Shown here in pieces: positions 28,521-38,920 of a stretch of 64,000 bases of DNA. This DNA is from an uncultured Verrucomicrobiae bacterium (lineage in GTDB: Bacteria; Chlamydiota; Chlamydiia; Chlamydiales; Rhabdochlamydiaceae). Within the stretch, counting starts at the first letter, position 1; every line of letters begins with the position of its first letter. The position numbers were made by a program, and so were the translations under genes. The notes beneath the pieces are model-generated. The model had not been told where the DNA came from. It did not search any database and worked only from the letters and a program-made list of their open reading frames with translations. The DNA is taken from the NCBI GenBank assembly GCA_963818965.1, contig CAWFUG010000009.1:352001-416000 (forward strand), in the 5' to 3' direction.

Positions 28521-29319
28521 CCTACATTGCCACACCACGTTCAGCGATGGGAGCTTCACTCCAGAAGAGCTTCTCCGCCACGCCAAAGAGATCGGTCTCT
28601 CAGGGCTTGCCATTACCGATCACGACACGATCGACGCCTATACGGTAGCGCCTAAGATTGCAAAAGAGCTCGGTCTAAAATTGGGAAGTGGGGCTGAGTT
28701 TTCCTGTCACTTCAAACAAAAAAATGTCCACATCCTCGCCTACGATTTCGATTTAAAGAGCGAGTCGATCCGTTCGCTTTGCCTCAGGCATATCGAAAGG
28801 AGGCGGATGCGTAATTTGGAAATTCTAGAAAAGTTAAGCCGCATGAGCATGCCGATTTTCGAAGAGGAGCTCCAAGCGATTAGTCAAAAGAGTATCGGCC
28901 GGCCCCACATCGCTCATCTCATGGTGCAAAAGGGATATGTCTCCTCGATCACGCAAGCATTTGCCCTCTATTTGGGGGATCAATGCCCTTGCTATTCAGC
29001 TGGGAAACCGATCGCAGCCGAAGAGACGATCGACGTGATCCATGCAGCGGGTGGCAAAGCATTCATCGCTCATCCCCATCTCATCAAGCGGATGTCTGAA
29101 ATCAAAGCACTGCTCGAGCTGCCTTTCGATGGAATCGAGTGCTACTATGGGAACTTCCGCAAAGATCAGGAGAGACGATGGATCCAGATCGCAGAAGAGC
29201 GCCACTTATTGAAGAGCGGCGGATCTGATTTTCACGGCACCGACAAAGATTACTTGCGCTTCGGCTCTTCCTGGGTCGATGAAGAAACCTTTAACCTCAT
29301 TTTCCAAAAATTATGTTAA
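28507..29319 (+). CDS. PHP-domain phosphoesterase (TrpH/YciV-like)
   Basis: DLHCHTTFSDG, AITDHDT, GRPHIA, GGSDFHG. Confidence 0.92.
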   Translation: MFRADLHCHTTFSDGSFTPEELLRHAKEIGLSGLAITDHDTIDAYTVAPKIAKELGLKLGSGAEFSCHFKQKNVHILAYDFDLKSESIRSLCLRHIERRRMRNLEILEKLSRMSMPIFEEELQAISQKSIGRPHIAHLMVQKGYVSSITQAFALYLGDQCPCYSAGKPIAAEETIDVIHAAGGKAFIAHPHLIKRMSEIKALLELPFDGIECYYGNFRKDQERRWIQIAEERHLLKSGGSDFHGTDKDYLRFGSSWVDEETFNLIFQKLC

Positions 29320-30434
29320 TCCAGACAGGTACCCAGTCTCTAGAGAGCGCAGAAGCGTTGGACCATGCACTCGGGTTCCCCTCGCGCGCTTACCCTGTGA
29401 TCCATATCGCAGGAAGCAATGGCAAAGGCTCCGTCGCTCTAAAAATCGCAAAAGCATTGGAGCTCAGCGGCTACCGGGTCGGCCTCTACACCTCTCCCCA
29501 TCTTTTCTCCCTGCAGGAGAGAATCGCCGTCGGACAGGAGCTGATCCCCGAAGAAGTGGCCCTAGAAGGGATTGCGAAGATGCAAGCGCTCGGTGCACGC
29601 TCTTTTTTCGAGAGCATGACATTTGTGGCCTTTGAGTTTTTTAAAGAGAAGGGAGTCGATGTCGCCGTCATCGAAACAGGGCTAGGCGGGCGCTTTGATG
29701 CGACAAATGTCGTCCAGCCCATCCTATCGATCATCACCTCGATCAGCAGAGAACACACATCTCTCTTAGGCGATCAATTGGAAAAGATCGCGCAGGAAAA
29801 GGCGGGGATCTTGAAGGAAAACGTCCCTGTCGTCCTAGGACCTAAAGCCCGCTTTCAGGAGATCTACGAAAAGGGGAAACAGCTCAACTGCCCCCTCTAT
29901 CTCTCCAAAAAAATCAGCCACTTTTTCGATGAGGAAAATAGCGCCATTGCAGAACTTTCCCTCGGTGCGCTCAGCACCCATTTTACCCTCACGCCCTCTG
30001 CAATCCACGAGGGGATTGCGCTACGCCCCCCTTGCCGGTTTGAGAAGATCAACGGCGTGATCTTCGACGTCGCCCACAATCCCGACGCGATCTTTCACCT
30101 GATCCAGGCGTTGCACCAATTCTACCCCGATCGGACCTTCCGCTTTGTGGCAGGGTTTTCAAAAGATAAGGAATTTGATCTCTGTCTCGATCACATGGCA
30201 AAAGTGGCTTCGATGATCCACCTCGTCGAGGCTCCAAGCGAAAGAGCCGCCAGTGTCGCTCTATTGGAAAAAGCACTCGCTTCAGAAAAATGCATGAAGC
30301 ACGCCAGCATTCAAGAGGGCGTATCCAACGCCCTTCTCGCTGCGCGCTTAAGCGGAGATCAACTCGTCATCTGCGGCTCTTTTTACATCATGCAAGAGGC
30401 AAAAGAGGCCATCTTAGTCGGAACTACTCGATGA
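29313..30434 (+). CDS. folC: Folylpolyglutamate/dihydrofolate synthase
   Basis: HIAGSNGKGS, ETGLGGRFDATN, DVAHNP, CGSFY. Confidence 0.93.
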   Translation: MLIQTGTQSLESAEALDHALGFPSRAYPVIHIAGSNGKGSVALKIAKALELSGYRVGLYTSPHLFSLQERIAVGQELIPEEVALEGIAKMQALGARSFFESMTFVAFEFFKEKGVDVAVIETGLGGRFDATNVVQPILSIITSISREHTSLLGDQLEKIAQEKAGILKENVPVVLGPKARFQEIYEKGKQLNCPLYLSKKISHFFDEENSAIAELSLGALSTHFTLTPSAIHEGIALRPPCRFEKINGVIFDVAHNPDAIFHLIQALHQFYPDRTFRFVAGFSKDKEFDLCLDHMAKVASMIHLVEAPSERAASVALLEKALASEKCMKHASIQEGVSNALLAARLSGDQLVICGSFYIMQEAKEAILVGTTR

Positions 30435-32249
30435 GCTATATCCCTTCGATAAGTTAGGAACGCGAATAGAATCGATCAGTAGTCTTCTCATGTGGTCGAA
30501 TTCTGACGAATAACGACGGTTCTCCCCCTGCTGCAACCAAATTACGATATTTATCAGTCTTTGAGTCGTTTCTGTCCATTGTTCTCTTAAAGAAGGGTCT
30601 TTCAGTAGGATTTCTTGATTTATTTCTGCGAAATCTTCAACAAATAGCGGAAGAAATCCTTGATAGAATGTTGGGTAAATCCACTGACTGTTTTGTTCCA
30701 TGAGGGTAATGGCCAGATCACCTCGCTGAAGACGTAGTAGAGCTGTACAGATATTCACAATTCGATCGTCGTCTTTATAGGCGATTGCGCATTCCATTAA
30801 AAGTTCTACAGCTTTCGTTTTTTTATCGACGGCCTTTTCTGTGTATTTATTTGCAATTTCTAATAAAAGATTGTGAAGGACGATTCCTGTGTAGTTCGAG
30901 CGGATAAATGATTCAGTAGCTTCGAGGTCTTCTTGCTTAACGCACTTCTGAATGACGCTACTCAATAGTTGATCCGTGCTCTTTTGGTAAGGCAAAAGAT
31001 TGCTTTCTTGGCGCATAGAAATCAAGCTACAGGCTTCTTTCAAATGTCCAGCATTTACCAGTTTTTGTACTCCTTTTTTGAGTACACCTAAATCGAGATG
31101 GAATTGATATTCTTCGATGAGAGGCTTGGCCTTCTCAAGCTCTCCTCGACTTAGGTAGGCCATTGCCAAACTTTTTGCGAGGCGTTTTTGTGTTTTTGGC
31201 TCGAAAAATTCCTCGCTGACAAAACGACGAAATGCTGTGTCCGCCGTCGCAATGCAACCTTCTTCAATGCACACTTGACAGAATGTTTTATTTAGCAGCT
31301 CGTGTTTGTTTTTTACTAAGTTCAAGGAAGTGCATTTCTGTATTAAAGAAAAAACATTGCTGAAGCGACCTAACCGAATCAATGGTCTCATAGTCTCCTT
31401 TGCCCAAGCTCTGCCAAAATCGCGTGTGGGGTGGAATTTAGGATGTGCAGAGAGGAATTTCATCGCTTCCTTGCCGTGGCCACTAGCAAAGGCCATTCGC
31501 AAAGACCGGTTATGGATAATCTCATTCGTGAACATAGTCTCAGGCTCGGCATTTAAAGAAGCTAGTAGCAATCCAAGACTCCCGACGATTTCAATGATGG
31601 TCTTGTAGGGTTCCTTTCCGTTGCAGGCTTTACAAGCTTTATAAGCTGCATGTATTGCCCGAAGCATGGGATCTACATCGTTGTCAGTACCGGCGGATTT
31701 CCCCATCATTTGTTGGCATATTTCTGCGATTTCTCTTTCTACTTGAATCTTGTAGGTCAAAATCTCAGTGAGACTCTCTGGTTGTTGCAGCTCGTTTCTC
31801 TTCAGCAATCGGTTGCATGTGTTTTCAAGCAGTTGTTTCTGTAGAGGGAAACTTGCGACCAGCGGCTGTTCCACCAAATGCGTTAGGAGCTGGATGTAAG
31901 ATGAAATCAGGGGATCCTTTTTGCTGTCGCTCCATTTCACATCCATCATCCATGTGTTCCATAGGTAACAGACCTTTGAGACGTTTTCCCATGATTCTAA
32001 GTCCAAAAAGGTAAATATGTGACAGATCAATTCATCAGAAAGAGTAGCGACAGGACCTTCTTCTCGGTTGTTCGCGCGCCATTCAGCGACGGTGTCGTGG
32101 CACTTTTTAGTAACAGAGCTCAAATGCGTTTGATCCTCGGGATTGAGGAAGGAGATAATCGTGTAAAGGGAGTCGTTTGTAAGATGAACATTCCCTCTAA
32201 AACACTTCTCTTGGGGTGTTAGTGTTTTATATGTTTCCAATATATTCAT
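30414..32249 (-). CDS. Double F-box, helical-repeat effector candidate with poly-Ser tail
   Basis: LTNDSLYTIISFL...SSVTKK and LSDELICHIFTFL...SKVCYLW; ends SSSSSD. Confidence 0.8.
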   Translation of the reverse strand: MNILETYKTLTPQEKCFRGNVHLTNDSLYTIISFLNPEDQTHLSSVTKKCHDTVAEWRANNREEGPVATLSDELICHIFTFLDLESWENVSKVCYLWNTWMMDVKWSDSKKDPLISSYIQLLTHLVEQPLVASFPLQKQLLENTCNRLLKRNELQQPESLTEILTYKIQVEREIAEICQQMMGKSAGTDNDVDPMLRAIHAAYKACKACNGKEPYKTIIEIVGSLGLLLASLNAEPETMFTNEIIHNRSLRMAFASGHGKEAMKFLSAHPKFHPTRDFGRAWAKETMRPLIRLGRFSNVFSLIQKCTSLNLVKNKHELLNKTFCQVCIEEGCIATADTAFRRFVSEEFFEPKTQKRLAKSLAMAYLSRGELEKAKPLIEEYQFHLDLGVLKKGVQKLVNAGHLKEACSLISMRQESNLLPYQKSTDQLLSSVIQKCVKQEDLEATESFIRSNYTGIVLHNLLLEIANKYTEKAVDKKTKAVELLMECAIAYKDDDRIVNICTALLRLQRGDLAITLMEQNSQWIYPTFYQGFLPLFVEDFAEINQEILLKDPSLREQWTETTQRLINIVIWLQQGENRRYSSEFDHMRRLLIDSIRVPNLSKGYSSSSSSD

Positions 32250-32346
32250 TTTATTCCTAAGATTGGTTTTTTTATGTTTTAATGTATGTTTTTTTATTTT
32301 TGCGTGAAGTTAATTTTTAATAAATCGATTTTATATTATTTGGAAT

Positions 32347-32368
32347 GAGCCGCTAAGCGGCTCTTTTT
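32347..32368 (+). terminator. Hairpin with T-tract
   Basis: gagccgc-taa-gcggctc-ttttt. Confidence 0.6.
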
Positions 32369-32396
32369 ATACCATGCAAGAAGCGAGTAAACTGTT

Positions 32397-34403
32397 TTAG
32401 TCCAGGCTACTCGAACTCGATGATCTCGAGTCTAGACGATTCCCGTCAGAGTCGGAGGAGAGCATAGAACGCCTCAGGGTTGCTGTAAGTTTTGACGGAA
32501 ACGTAATCTGATACTTCGCCTCTAACCAGCCTAGCATATTGATTAGTCTTTGGGTGATTTCTGTGCAAGGGTCTCTCAATGAGGCGTCTCTCTTCATCAT
32601 TTCGCGGGTCATTTTTGCGAACTTTAAAAGAAATTCACCAAGAAATGCTTCACCAAGCGTCATCCATGCAGCGTTTTCTTCTAGAAGGGTCATAGCTAGA
32701 TCTCCCCGGTCAAGATGTAGCAGAGCTTCACAGATCTCCAAAATGCGTGTATCGTCTCCAAAAGCATCTGAGCACTCCATCAGAAGTTCTAAAGCCTTTT
32801 CCTTTTTATCGACTTTCTTTTCAATGCATCTATTTGCAAGTTCCAATAAGAGAAGGGTGCGTGCATCTCCTTTATAGTTCGAACGGATCAATGATTCAAT
32901 AGCTTCAAAATCTTCTTGTTGAGTGCAATTCTGAATATAGGTCTTCACAATGCTTTTATCGCCTTCAAAAGCAGCTGCGCATTCCATCAAAAGTTCTAGC
33001 GCCTTTTCCTTTTTATCGATTTTTTTTTCCAAGCATCTATTTGCAAGCGCTCCTAATAGGCGGGTGCCTGCCTTTCCTTTGCAATTCGAACGGATAAATG
33101 ATTCAACAGCTTCGAGCTCTTCTTGCTCGGTGCATTTTTGAATGACCAGACCCAATAGAAAGTGCGTCAGCTTTTGATAACCGAGAAGCTTACTTTTTTC
33201 GTGTAGGGAAAGCAGGCTAAGGGCTTCTTTGACGTGTGATCCCCTTATCAGGGCGTGCACTTCTCCTTGGATTTTCTTTGGGTCGAGATGGAATTGGTAT
33301 TTTTCGATGAGAGGCATCGCCTTTTGAATCTCTCCTCGACTTAAGTATTGCATTACCAACTCATCTGCCATCTCTTTCAGTACTTTTGGCTCGCAAGATC
33401 TCTCGCTGACAAAACGACGAAACGTTGCATCTGCTGTGGCAGTGCAACCTTGTTCGATACAGGCTTCAAAGAATGTTCTCTTTAGAGAGTCTTTTTTGGT
33501 TTCTAGGTCCAAGGAGGTGGGGTGCTGCAGCAAAGACAAAGCTTTACTGAAAAGGCCTTGCTCAATCAATAGGCGCATAGTCATCTGCTCCAAATTAGAT
33601 ACTAGCGGGAAGAATTTCATCAGTTTCTTGCTGTGGCCACGACAAACGACTGAAAATGCAGCCTTTCCAAGGATGTTGGCATAGCGATTACGTGTTATAT
33701 CCCCAGTGTCGTGATTTACAGTATTTAGTAGGAATACAAGGTTCATGATGATTTTAGCGATAGAGTCGCAGGGTTGTAGTTCCTCGCAGGCTGCTCTATA
33801 GGCTGCATTGAGTGCCTCATTCAGGATCTCTATGTCCTGGTCAGTTTGGGGGGAGCTTCTCACCATTTGTACACATATTTCTGCGATTTCTCTTTCTATT
33901 GAAACGGGGTAAGTCAAAATCTCAGTAAGGCTCTCTGGTTGTAGCTTGTCTCTCTGCAGCAGTCTGTTGCATGTGTTTTCAAGCAGTTGTTTCTGCAGGG
34001 GAAAATCTCCCAGCAGAGGCTGCTCCACCAAATGCGTTAGGAACTGGATGTACTCTGAAATTAAGGGATCTTTTTTCTGTTTACGCCATTTCACATCCAT
34101 CATGCATGTGTTCCATTGGTAACAGACCTTTGAGACGTTTTCCCATGATTCTAAGTCCAGAAAGGTAAATATGTGACAGATCAACTCATTAGAAAGAGTA
34201 GCGGCAGGACCTTCTTCTTGATTGTTTGCGCGCCATTCGGCGACGGTTTCGTGGCACTTTTTAGTGACAGAGCTCAAATGCGTTTGATCTTCGGGATTGA
34301 GGAAGGAGATAATCGTGTAAAGGGAGTCGTCTGTAAGGTGAACATTCCCTCTAAAACACTTCTCTTGGGGTGTTAGCGCTTTATATGTTTCTATTATATT
34401 CAT
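32397..34403 (-). CDS. Double F-box effector candidate, tandem paralog with 69-aa internal duplication
   Basis: N-terminal ~170 aa highly similar to 30414-32249; ends SSSSSSLD. Confidence 0.8.
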   Translation of the reverse strand: MNIIETYKALTPQEKCFRGNVHLTDDSLYTIISFLNPEDQTHLSSVTKKCHETVAEWRANNQEEGPAATLSNELICHIFTFLDLESWENVSKVCYQWNTCMMDVKWRKQKKDPLISEYIQFLTHLVEQPLLGDFPLQKQLLENTCNRLLQRDKLQPESLTEILTYPVSIEREIAEICVQMVRSSPQTDQDIEILNEALNAAYRAACEELQPCDSIAKIIMNLVFLLNTVNHDTGDITRNRYANILGKAAFSVVCRGHSKKLMKFFPLVSNLEQMTMRLLIEQGLFSKALSLLQHPTSLDLETKKDSLKRTFFEACIEQGCTATADATFRRFVSERSCEPKVLKEMADELVMQYLSRGEIQKAMPLIEKYQFHLDPKKIQGEVHALIRGSHVKEALSLLSLHEKSKLLGYQKLTHFLLGLVIQKCTEQEELEAVESFIRSNCKGKAGTRLLGALANRCLEKKIDKKEKALELLMECAAAFEGDKSIVKTYIQNCTQQEDFEAIESLIRSNYKGDARTLLLLELANRCIEKKVDKKEKALELLMECSDAFGDDTRILEICEALLHLDRGDLAMTLLEENAAWMTLGEAFLGEFLLKFAKMTREMMKRDASLRDPCTEITQRLINMLGWLEAKYQITFPSKLTATLRRSMLSSDSDGNRLDSRSSSSSSLD

Positions 34404-34555
34404 TTTTTCCTAAAAGTTGTTTGTATTTTATTGTTATATTTTAATCGCTGTTGTTTTATTTGTATATGGAATTATTATTTTAATTGACGGATTTATGTTG
34501 TTCTAAAGGAACTGCTTAGCGGCTTTGGGAGGGCCTTAATAGCTGATTGGTAAAA

Positions 34556-34589
34556 GGGGTAGGAGGCGCCTTGCGGCCCCTCCTACCCT
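34556..34589 (-). terminator. Intrinsic terminator after 34600-35382
   Basis: gggtaggagg...cctcctaccc hairpin followed by TTTT on the minus strand. Confidence 0.6.
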
Positions 34590-34599
34590 AGATGGGGGG

Positions 34600-35382
34600 C
34601 TATGAGAAAAGGGCGATTTTGGACTCTCCGGTGTCGTTTAGCTCAGAAACGCCCGCAAAGAGGACATCGAGCTGTCTTTCCGTCGGGTAGAGGTCTGTGT
34701 TATTCGCCAGATCATTTGCTGTGGCGATTAAAGCCTGGCAGGTCTCTAGAGGGTTGATAAACGCTTCTGCTCCGAGAAAGCGCATGTGCCCTTCGAAACG
34801 GCTCTTATGCTTTTGGGGGAGGGTCTGAAAGTGGATCTTAGCCTTTTTTAGGTTTCCATTGTGGACTGCTCTTGCAATGTCGAAGAGGTCTTCGATTTCT
34901 CCGGGGATGAGTTCGAGCATGTCCAAAGAGCGGATGTTTTGTTGTTGGGAAATAAACTCGAAATGAGAGGGGATAGGTCCACCCTTTGCCTGGCTAAGGG
35001 CGCACTTGGCATCAAATAAAATTTTGTTTTGCTCTTGAGAGGGAGCGTGATTTTTGAGTAGAGCCTGGATATGCGATTCGAGTTGTTGGATGGCGCGAGG
35101 GGAGGGGGCCCCTTTTTTTAAGTCGAGAGCCTCTTTTTGAATCTGAGAGATCTCCCATTCGACCGATCCATCTTCTAGTTTTTGGTAGAGATCGACGCAG
35201 CGTCCTTGTAGAGATTCTAAAAAAGGATTGTCATTTTTTTGGGCGAGAAGGGCCTTAAATGTCGTGTCTAATCGGTTTGATAAAACCTTGTATTTCTTCG
35301 GAGAAATAGGCGCAGTGTCTATTTCTCTCGCAATGGTTTGCACCTGAAAGGGCAAACCCTTTTGACTTGTGATGAATCCCAT
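34600..35382 (-). CDS. Hypothetical helical protein
   Basis: 260-aa ORF with AAGGAG RBS. Confidence 0.7.
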   Translation of the reverse strand: MGFITSQKGLPFQVQTIAREIDTAPISPKKYKVLSNRLDTTFKALLAQKNDNPFLESLQGRCVDLYQKLEDGSVEWEISQIQKEALDLKKGAPSPRAIQQLESHIQALLKNHAPSQEQNKILFDAKCALSQAKGGPIPSHFEFISQQQNIRSLDMLELIPGEIEDLFDIARAVHNGNLKKAKIHFQTLPQKHKSRFEGHMRFLGAEAFINPLETCQALIATANDLANNTDLYPTERQLDVLFAGVSELNDTGESKIALFS

Positions 35383-35481
35383 AATTGCTCCTTATTATTA
35401 TTTGTAATATATATTACAAGGTCGCAATTAACCTTAATTACATCATATTCCTAATCTATATAAGTGTCAATTAGTTATAAA

Positions 35482-36060
35482 TTATTTTAATCTTTGATTC
35501 TTTTGAATTAAGAAGAGGGAAGGGGAGGCGTTGCGGTTGATCCACCGGTGGTGGCAAACGCTATAATGGGCGGGATCGAGCCCTTTTAAGTACTGAAGCA
35601 GAGCGACTTCCTCTTGCGCTCCTTCAGTGTGGCCGGGGTAAGAGACGATGGAAATCGCCCCACCGGGGAGCAGAAGAGAGAGTCCCTTTTCGATACTGGT
35701 GAGAGTACTTGAGGGAAGCGTTTTGATCTCTTTATCACTGCCGGGGAGATACCCTAAGTTATAGACGATCAAGCGGATCGGTTTTTCTAAGGCAAGTGGA
35801 GGGAAGGTTGCATGGGAAGAACAAAAAAAATGGACATTTTTTTTCTCCTGGCAGGTCACTTTGGCTTTTTCGATCGCTTGCGCCTGAATATCTAGGGCGA
35901 TGACACCCCCCTTTTCGTCGACTAAATCTGCCAAAACGAGGGTGTCTTTTCCATTGCCGCAGGTCGCATCGATGACCCAATCGCCCCCTTGTAAGAGGTT
36001 TTTCCAATAGGCGTGGGCCAAGTCTAGAGGTGTCTGAAAGAGAAAAAATTGCCGATCCAT
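35482..36060 (-). CDS. YtqB/MnmM-like SAM-dependent RNA methyltransferase
   Basis: IDATCGNGKDT, YNLGYLPGSDK, YPGHTEG. Confidence 0.85.
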   Translation of the reverse strand: MDRQFFLFQTPLDLAHAYWKNLLQGGDWVIDATCGNGKDTLVLADLVDEKGGVIALDIQAQAIEKAKVTCQEKKNVHFFCSSHATFPPLALEKPIRLIVYNLGYLPGSDKEIKTLPSSTLTSIEKGLSLLLPGGAISIVSYPGHTEGAQEEVALLQYLKGLDPAHYSVCHHRWINRNASPSLFLIQKNQRLK

Positions 36061-36137
36061 CTCTTGGAGAATAGCATTTTTATGAATTTTTCTTGGCTAT
36101 AATTCCGTTCTTCATTTATCCTTCTCTTTTTTCGTAC

Positions 36138-36211
36138 GGGGTATTAGCTCAGTTGGTTAGAGCGCCACGTTGACATCGTGGAGGTCAGCTGTTCAAGTCA
36201 GCTATATCCCA
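36138..36211 (+). tRNA. tRNA-Val(GAC)
   Basis: Acceptor GGGGTAT/ATATCCC-A; anticodon arm ccacg-ttGACat-cgtgg; GTTCAAG T-loop. Confidence 0.95.
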
Positions 36212-37726
36212 ATGATTTTGTTAAGACAAACCGCCGCCCAATATTTGGGAATGGCTGTGCGGGAGTTGTTTCCTAAGGTGCATCTCGTAGGAGGGCAGGG
36301 GACATCCCAATTCTTCTACTACGACTTTTTATTCCCTTTTCCGTTTCAGAAAGAGATGCTCCCTCTCATCGAAGAGCGGATGCATGCGATTCTCCGCGAG
36401 AAAGGAGAGGTGCGACGCATCGAAATGGTGCCGTCGAATGCAGCAATGCTATTTGAGAGTCGAGAACAACCTCTCATCGCCGAACGCTTGAGAAATGTCT
36501 CTACTGCGACTGTGCCCCTCTGTCAAATCGGCGAGTCGATCGATTATTGCCCCGAGCCTTTTTCTCTAAACAATACTTTTAAGTTTTTCAAGCTCATTGA
36601 AGCATTGGAAATAGGTGGGATCACCCGGATTGTCGGAGTTCTCGAAGAGAATAAAGAACTCTTAAAACAAAAAGTAAAGAGCGCAGATCTCGCTGCACAT
36701 AATCACTTAACGCTCATCGAATCTTTATTCTTCCCGCTCGAAGAGGATTCCCGTTGGGTTTGGCTCCCTAAAGCGAAGAAGATCCGCGATCGTCTGTGTG
36801 CCTTTTGGAAAGAAGCGCACGTCGAGCAAAACTTTAGTTTACTCTCCTCTTCCTCCACGACAGAGGAGGAGATGACGCGCGCCCATGTGGCGTTTTTGCG
36901 CTCTAAAAATTTTTCCAAAACGGCGGAATTGGGGACCCTCTCTTTTTGGGAAGAGGCTGATGTGCGTGAGGGGCTCTTCTCGGCAAATCGCTGCTTTACC
37001 GACCGTGGCTATCTCTTCTGTCCTAAGGAAAAACTTTTAGAAGAGGCGATTTCGTCCTTGCAATTCATTCTCAAAATCCCTAAAATCCTGTGTTTTGAGT
37101 TCGAGATCCTTTTGTCCATTTCGAGCGCTGGGAATCCCAAGGGAGCTGTACAAAGAGAAGCAGTAGATGTCTTTAAGCAGGCGTTGGGAAAGCTCGGGTT
37201 GAGTTTTACCACGTGCAAGGAGTATCATCGCGATCTGAGTGCGAGGATTGATGTTCTCCTTTTTGATTCGCTAGGAAGAAAATGGCGTGGCCCCTTTCTA
37301 GGTATCTCAAGATCAGATCTGAAGATGGGTCAAGGGAAACACCTCTTGATTCGCTCGGCATTTGGTTCGATGGAACGACTCATCGGTCTGCTCCTCGAAA
37401 ATGCCGGTGGAGAGATCCCTTTTTGGCTCGCTCCAGAACAGGTGAGGATTCTCCTAGTTAGCGAGGGTGCTACCAGTTGGGCGGAAGAAGTGCATCGGGA
37501 ATTGCGAACTCGAAATATTCGAGCGACAGTGGAAAGAGAGACAGATGCTCTTAAAGTGAGAGTGTCCCGCGCGACCCGAGAGAAAGTTCCCTTCATCGTA
37601 TTGATTGGGGAGCAGGAAATCAGAGAGCGCTCTTTGACCGTTCGAGAGGGAACAGGGATTGACCAGAAGGGGCTATCCCAGAAGAGCCTATCACTGGATG
37701 GCTTTTGTGAGATGATCCAAAGTTGA
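36212..37726 (+). CDS. Degenerate threonyl-tRNA synthetase paralog (probable pseudo-enzyme)
   Basis: ThrRS layout (FYYDF, GSMERL, PFWLAPEQV, KVPFIVLIGEQE) upstream of infC, but the Zn ligands and motif 2 Arg are replaced. Confidence 0.8.
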   Translation: MILLRQTAAQYLGMAVRELFPKVHLVGGQGTSQFFYYDFLFPFPFQKEMLPLIEERMHAILREKGEVRRIEMVPSNAAMLFESREQPLIAERLRNVSTATVPLCQIGESIDYCPEPFSLNNTFKFFKLIEALEIGGITRIVGVLEENKELLKQKVKSADLAAHNHLTLIESLFFPLEEDSRWVWLPKAKKIRDRLCAFWKEAHVEQNFSLLSSSSTTEEEMTRAHVAFLRSKNFSKTAELGTLSFWEEADVREGLFSANRCFTDRGYLFCPKEKLLEEAISSLQFILKIPKILCFEFEILLSISSAGNPKGAVQREAVDVFKQALGKLGLSFTTCKEYHRDLSARIDVLLFDSLGRKWRGPFLGISRSDLKMGQGKHLLIRSAFGSMERLIGLLLENAGGEIPFWLAPEQVRILLVSEGATSWAEEVHRELRTRNIRATVERETDALKVRVSRATREKVPFIVLIGEQEIRERSLTVREGTGIDQKGLSQKSLSLDGFCEMIQS

Positions 37727-37732
37727 AACGGA

Positions 37733-38254
37733 GTGGAAACGCTGAACTTGAAAATCAACCGAGAAATTCGAGCGCAGAAATTGCGCGTGATTGGTGAAGA
37801 TGGCAGTCAGCTCGGCATATTGACGTTAGCTGAAGCGCTAACGAAAGCAGAGCAATCAGGACTTGATTTAGTCGAGATCGCACCTAGTGCTGACCCACCA
37901 GTTTGTAAGATTATCGATTACGGAAAGTACCGTTATCAGCTCACGAAGAAAGAAAGGGAGCAAAAGAAGACGCAGCACCAGGTTAAAGTCAAAGAGATCA
38001 AGATCAAGCCGAATACGGATGATCACGATCTCACAGTAAAGACTAAACATGCCCGTGAGTTTCTCGTTAAGGGAAACAAAGTGCGGGTCACCTGTATGTT
38101 TCGAGGGCGGGAGATGATGCATCCGGAAATCGGCATGCGGGCAGTCCAGCGGATGTGTGAAGGGATGACGGATATCGCTACCCCTGAAGCGCCTCCAAAA
38201 ATGTTTGGACGCAATCTCTCCGTGATTCTAGCCCCAGGAGCAAAAAAGAAGTAA
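37733..38254 (+). CDS. infC: Translation initiation factor IF-3
   Basis: INREIRA, DLVEIAP, PPVCKIIDYGK, FRGRE; non-ATG start. Confidence 0.97.
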   Translation: METLNLKINREIRAQKLRVIGEDGSQLGILTLAEALTKAEQSGLDLVEIAPSADPPVCKIIDYGKYRYQLTKKEREQKKTQHQVKVKEIKIKPNTDDHDLTVKTKHAREFLVKGNKVRVTCMFRGREMMHPEIGMRAVQRMCEGMTDIATPEAPPKMFGRNLSVILAPGAKKK

Positions 38255-38313
38255 GAATCTATTCCAAAAATCGACCAAAGATTTTACCGAGATAGGTTCA
38301 GAGGAGAGTTATT

Positions 38314-38523
38314 GTGGCAAAGACGAAAGTTAAGAGAAAGACACATAAGGCAGTTTCTGCGCGATTTAAAGTGACAGGAACGGGCAAGTTAAAACGACGT
38401 CATCCAGGACGTCGGCATATTTTGACGAAAAAAGCATCTAAGCGCAAACGCCGTTTGAAGAAAGATGCTCTCGTCGACAAAGGACAGTTGAAGATGTATT
38501 CCCGTCTCATGGGAGTTGCATAA
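38314..38523 (+). CDS. rpmI: 50S ribosomal protein L35
   Basis: KTHKAVSARFKVTGTGK, RHILTKK. Confidence 0.95.
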   Translation: MAKTKVKRKTHKAVSARFKVTGTGKLKRRHPGRRHILTKKASKRKRRLKKDALVDKGQLKMYSRLMGVA

Positions 38524-38554
38524 AAGATTTTGATCGTAGATTGGAGAATTAACA

Positions 38555-38911
38555 ATGGGTAGAGTCACCAACGCTGTGGCCGCCAATCGCTCTCGCAAGC
38601 GTCTTTTCAAACGGGCAAAGGGTTTTGTCGGTGATCGTAAGAATCACCTCCGCCTAACGAAAGATGCTGTGATGTCGGCATTGGCATTCAATTACTGCCA
38701 CCGCAAACAGAAAAAAAGAGATTTTCGCCGCCTCTGGATCGTCCGGATCGGTGTCGGTGCGAAAATCAATGGGATGTCTTATAGTAAGTTCATCTCAGGA
38801 CTGCAAAAGGCAGGTTGCGCCTTAAATCGCAAAGTCTTGTCCGATATGGCGATCCGCGACCCTAGCAGCTTTGCTGCTGTCGCCGGGACTGCAAGACAAG
38901 CACTCGCTTAA
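38555..38911 (+). CDS. rplT: 50S ribosomal protein L20
   Basis: KRAKGF, KKRDFRRLWIVRI, LNRKVLSDMA. Confidence 0.97.
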   Translation: MGRVTNAVAANRSRKRLFKRAKGFVGDRKNHLRLTKDAVMSALAFNYCHRKQKKRDFRRLWIVRIGVGAKINGMSYSKFISGLQKAGCALNRKVLSDMAIRDPSSFAAVAGTARQALA

Positions 38912-38920
38912 AACAGCATC

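Noticed and set aside
36170..36211. ORF-track start of the ThrRS-like gene
   Set aside because: It lies within tRNA-Val.
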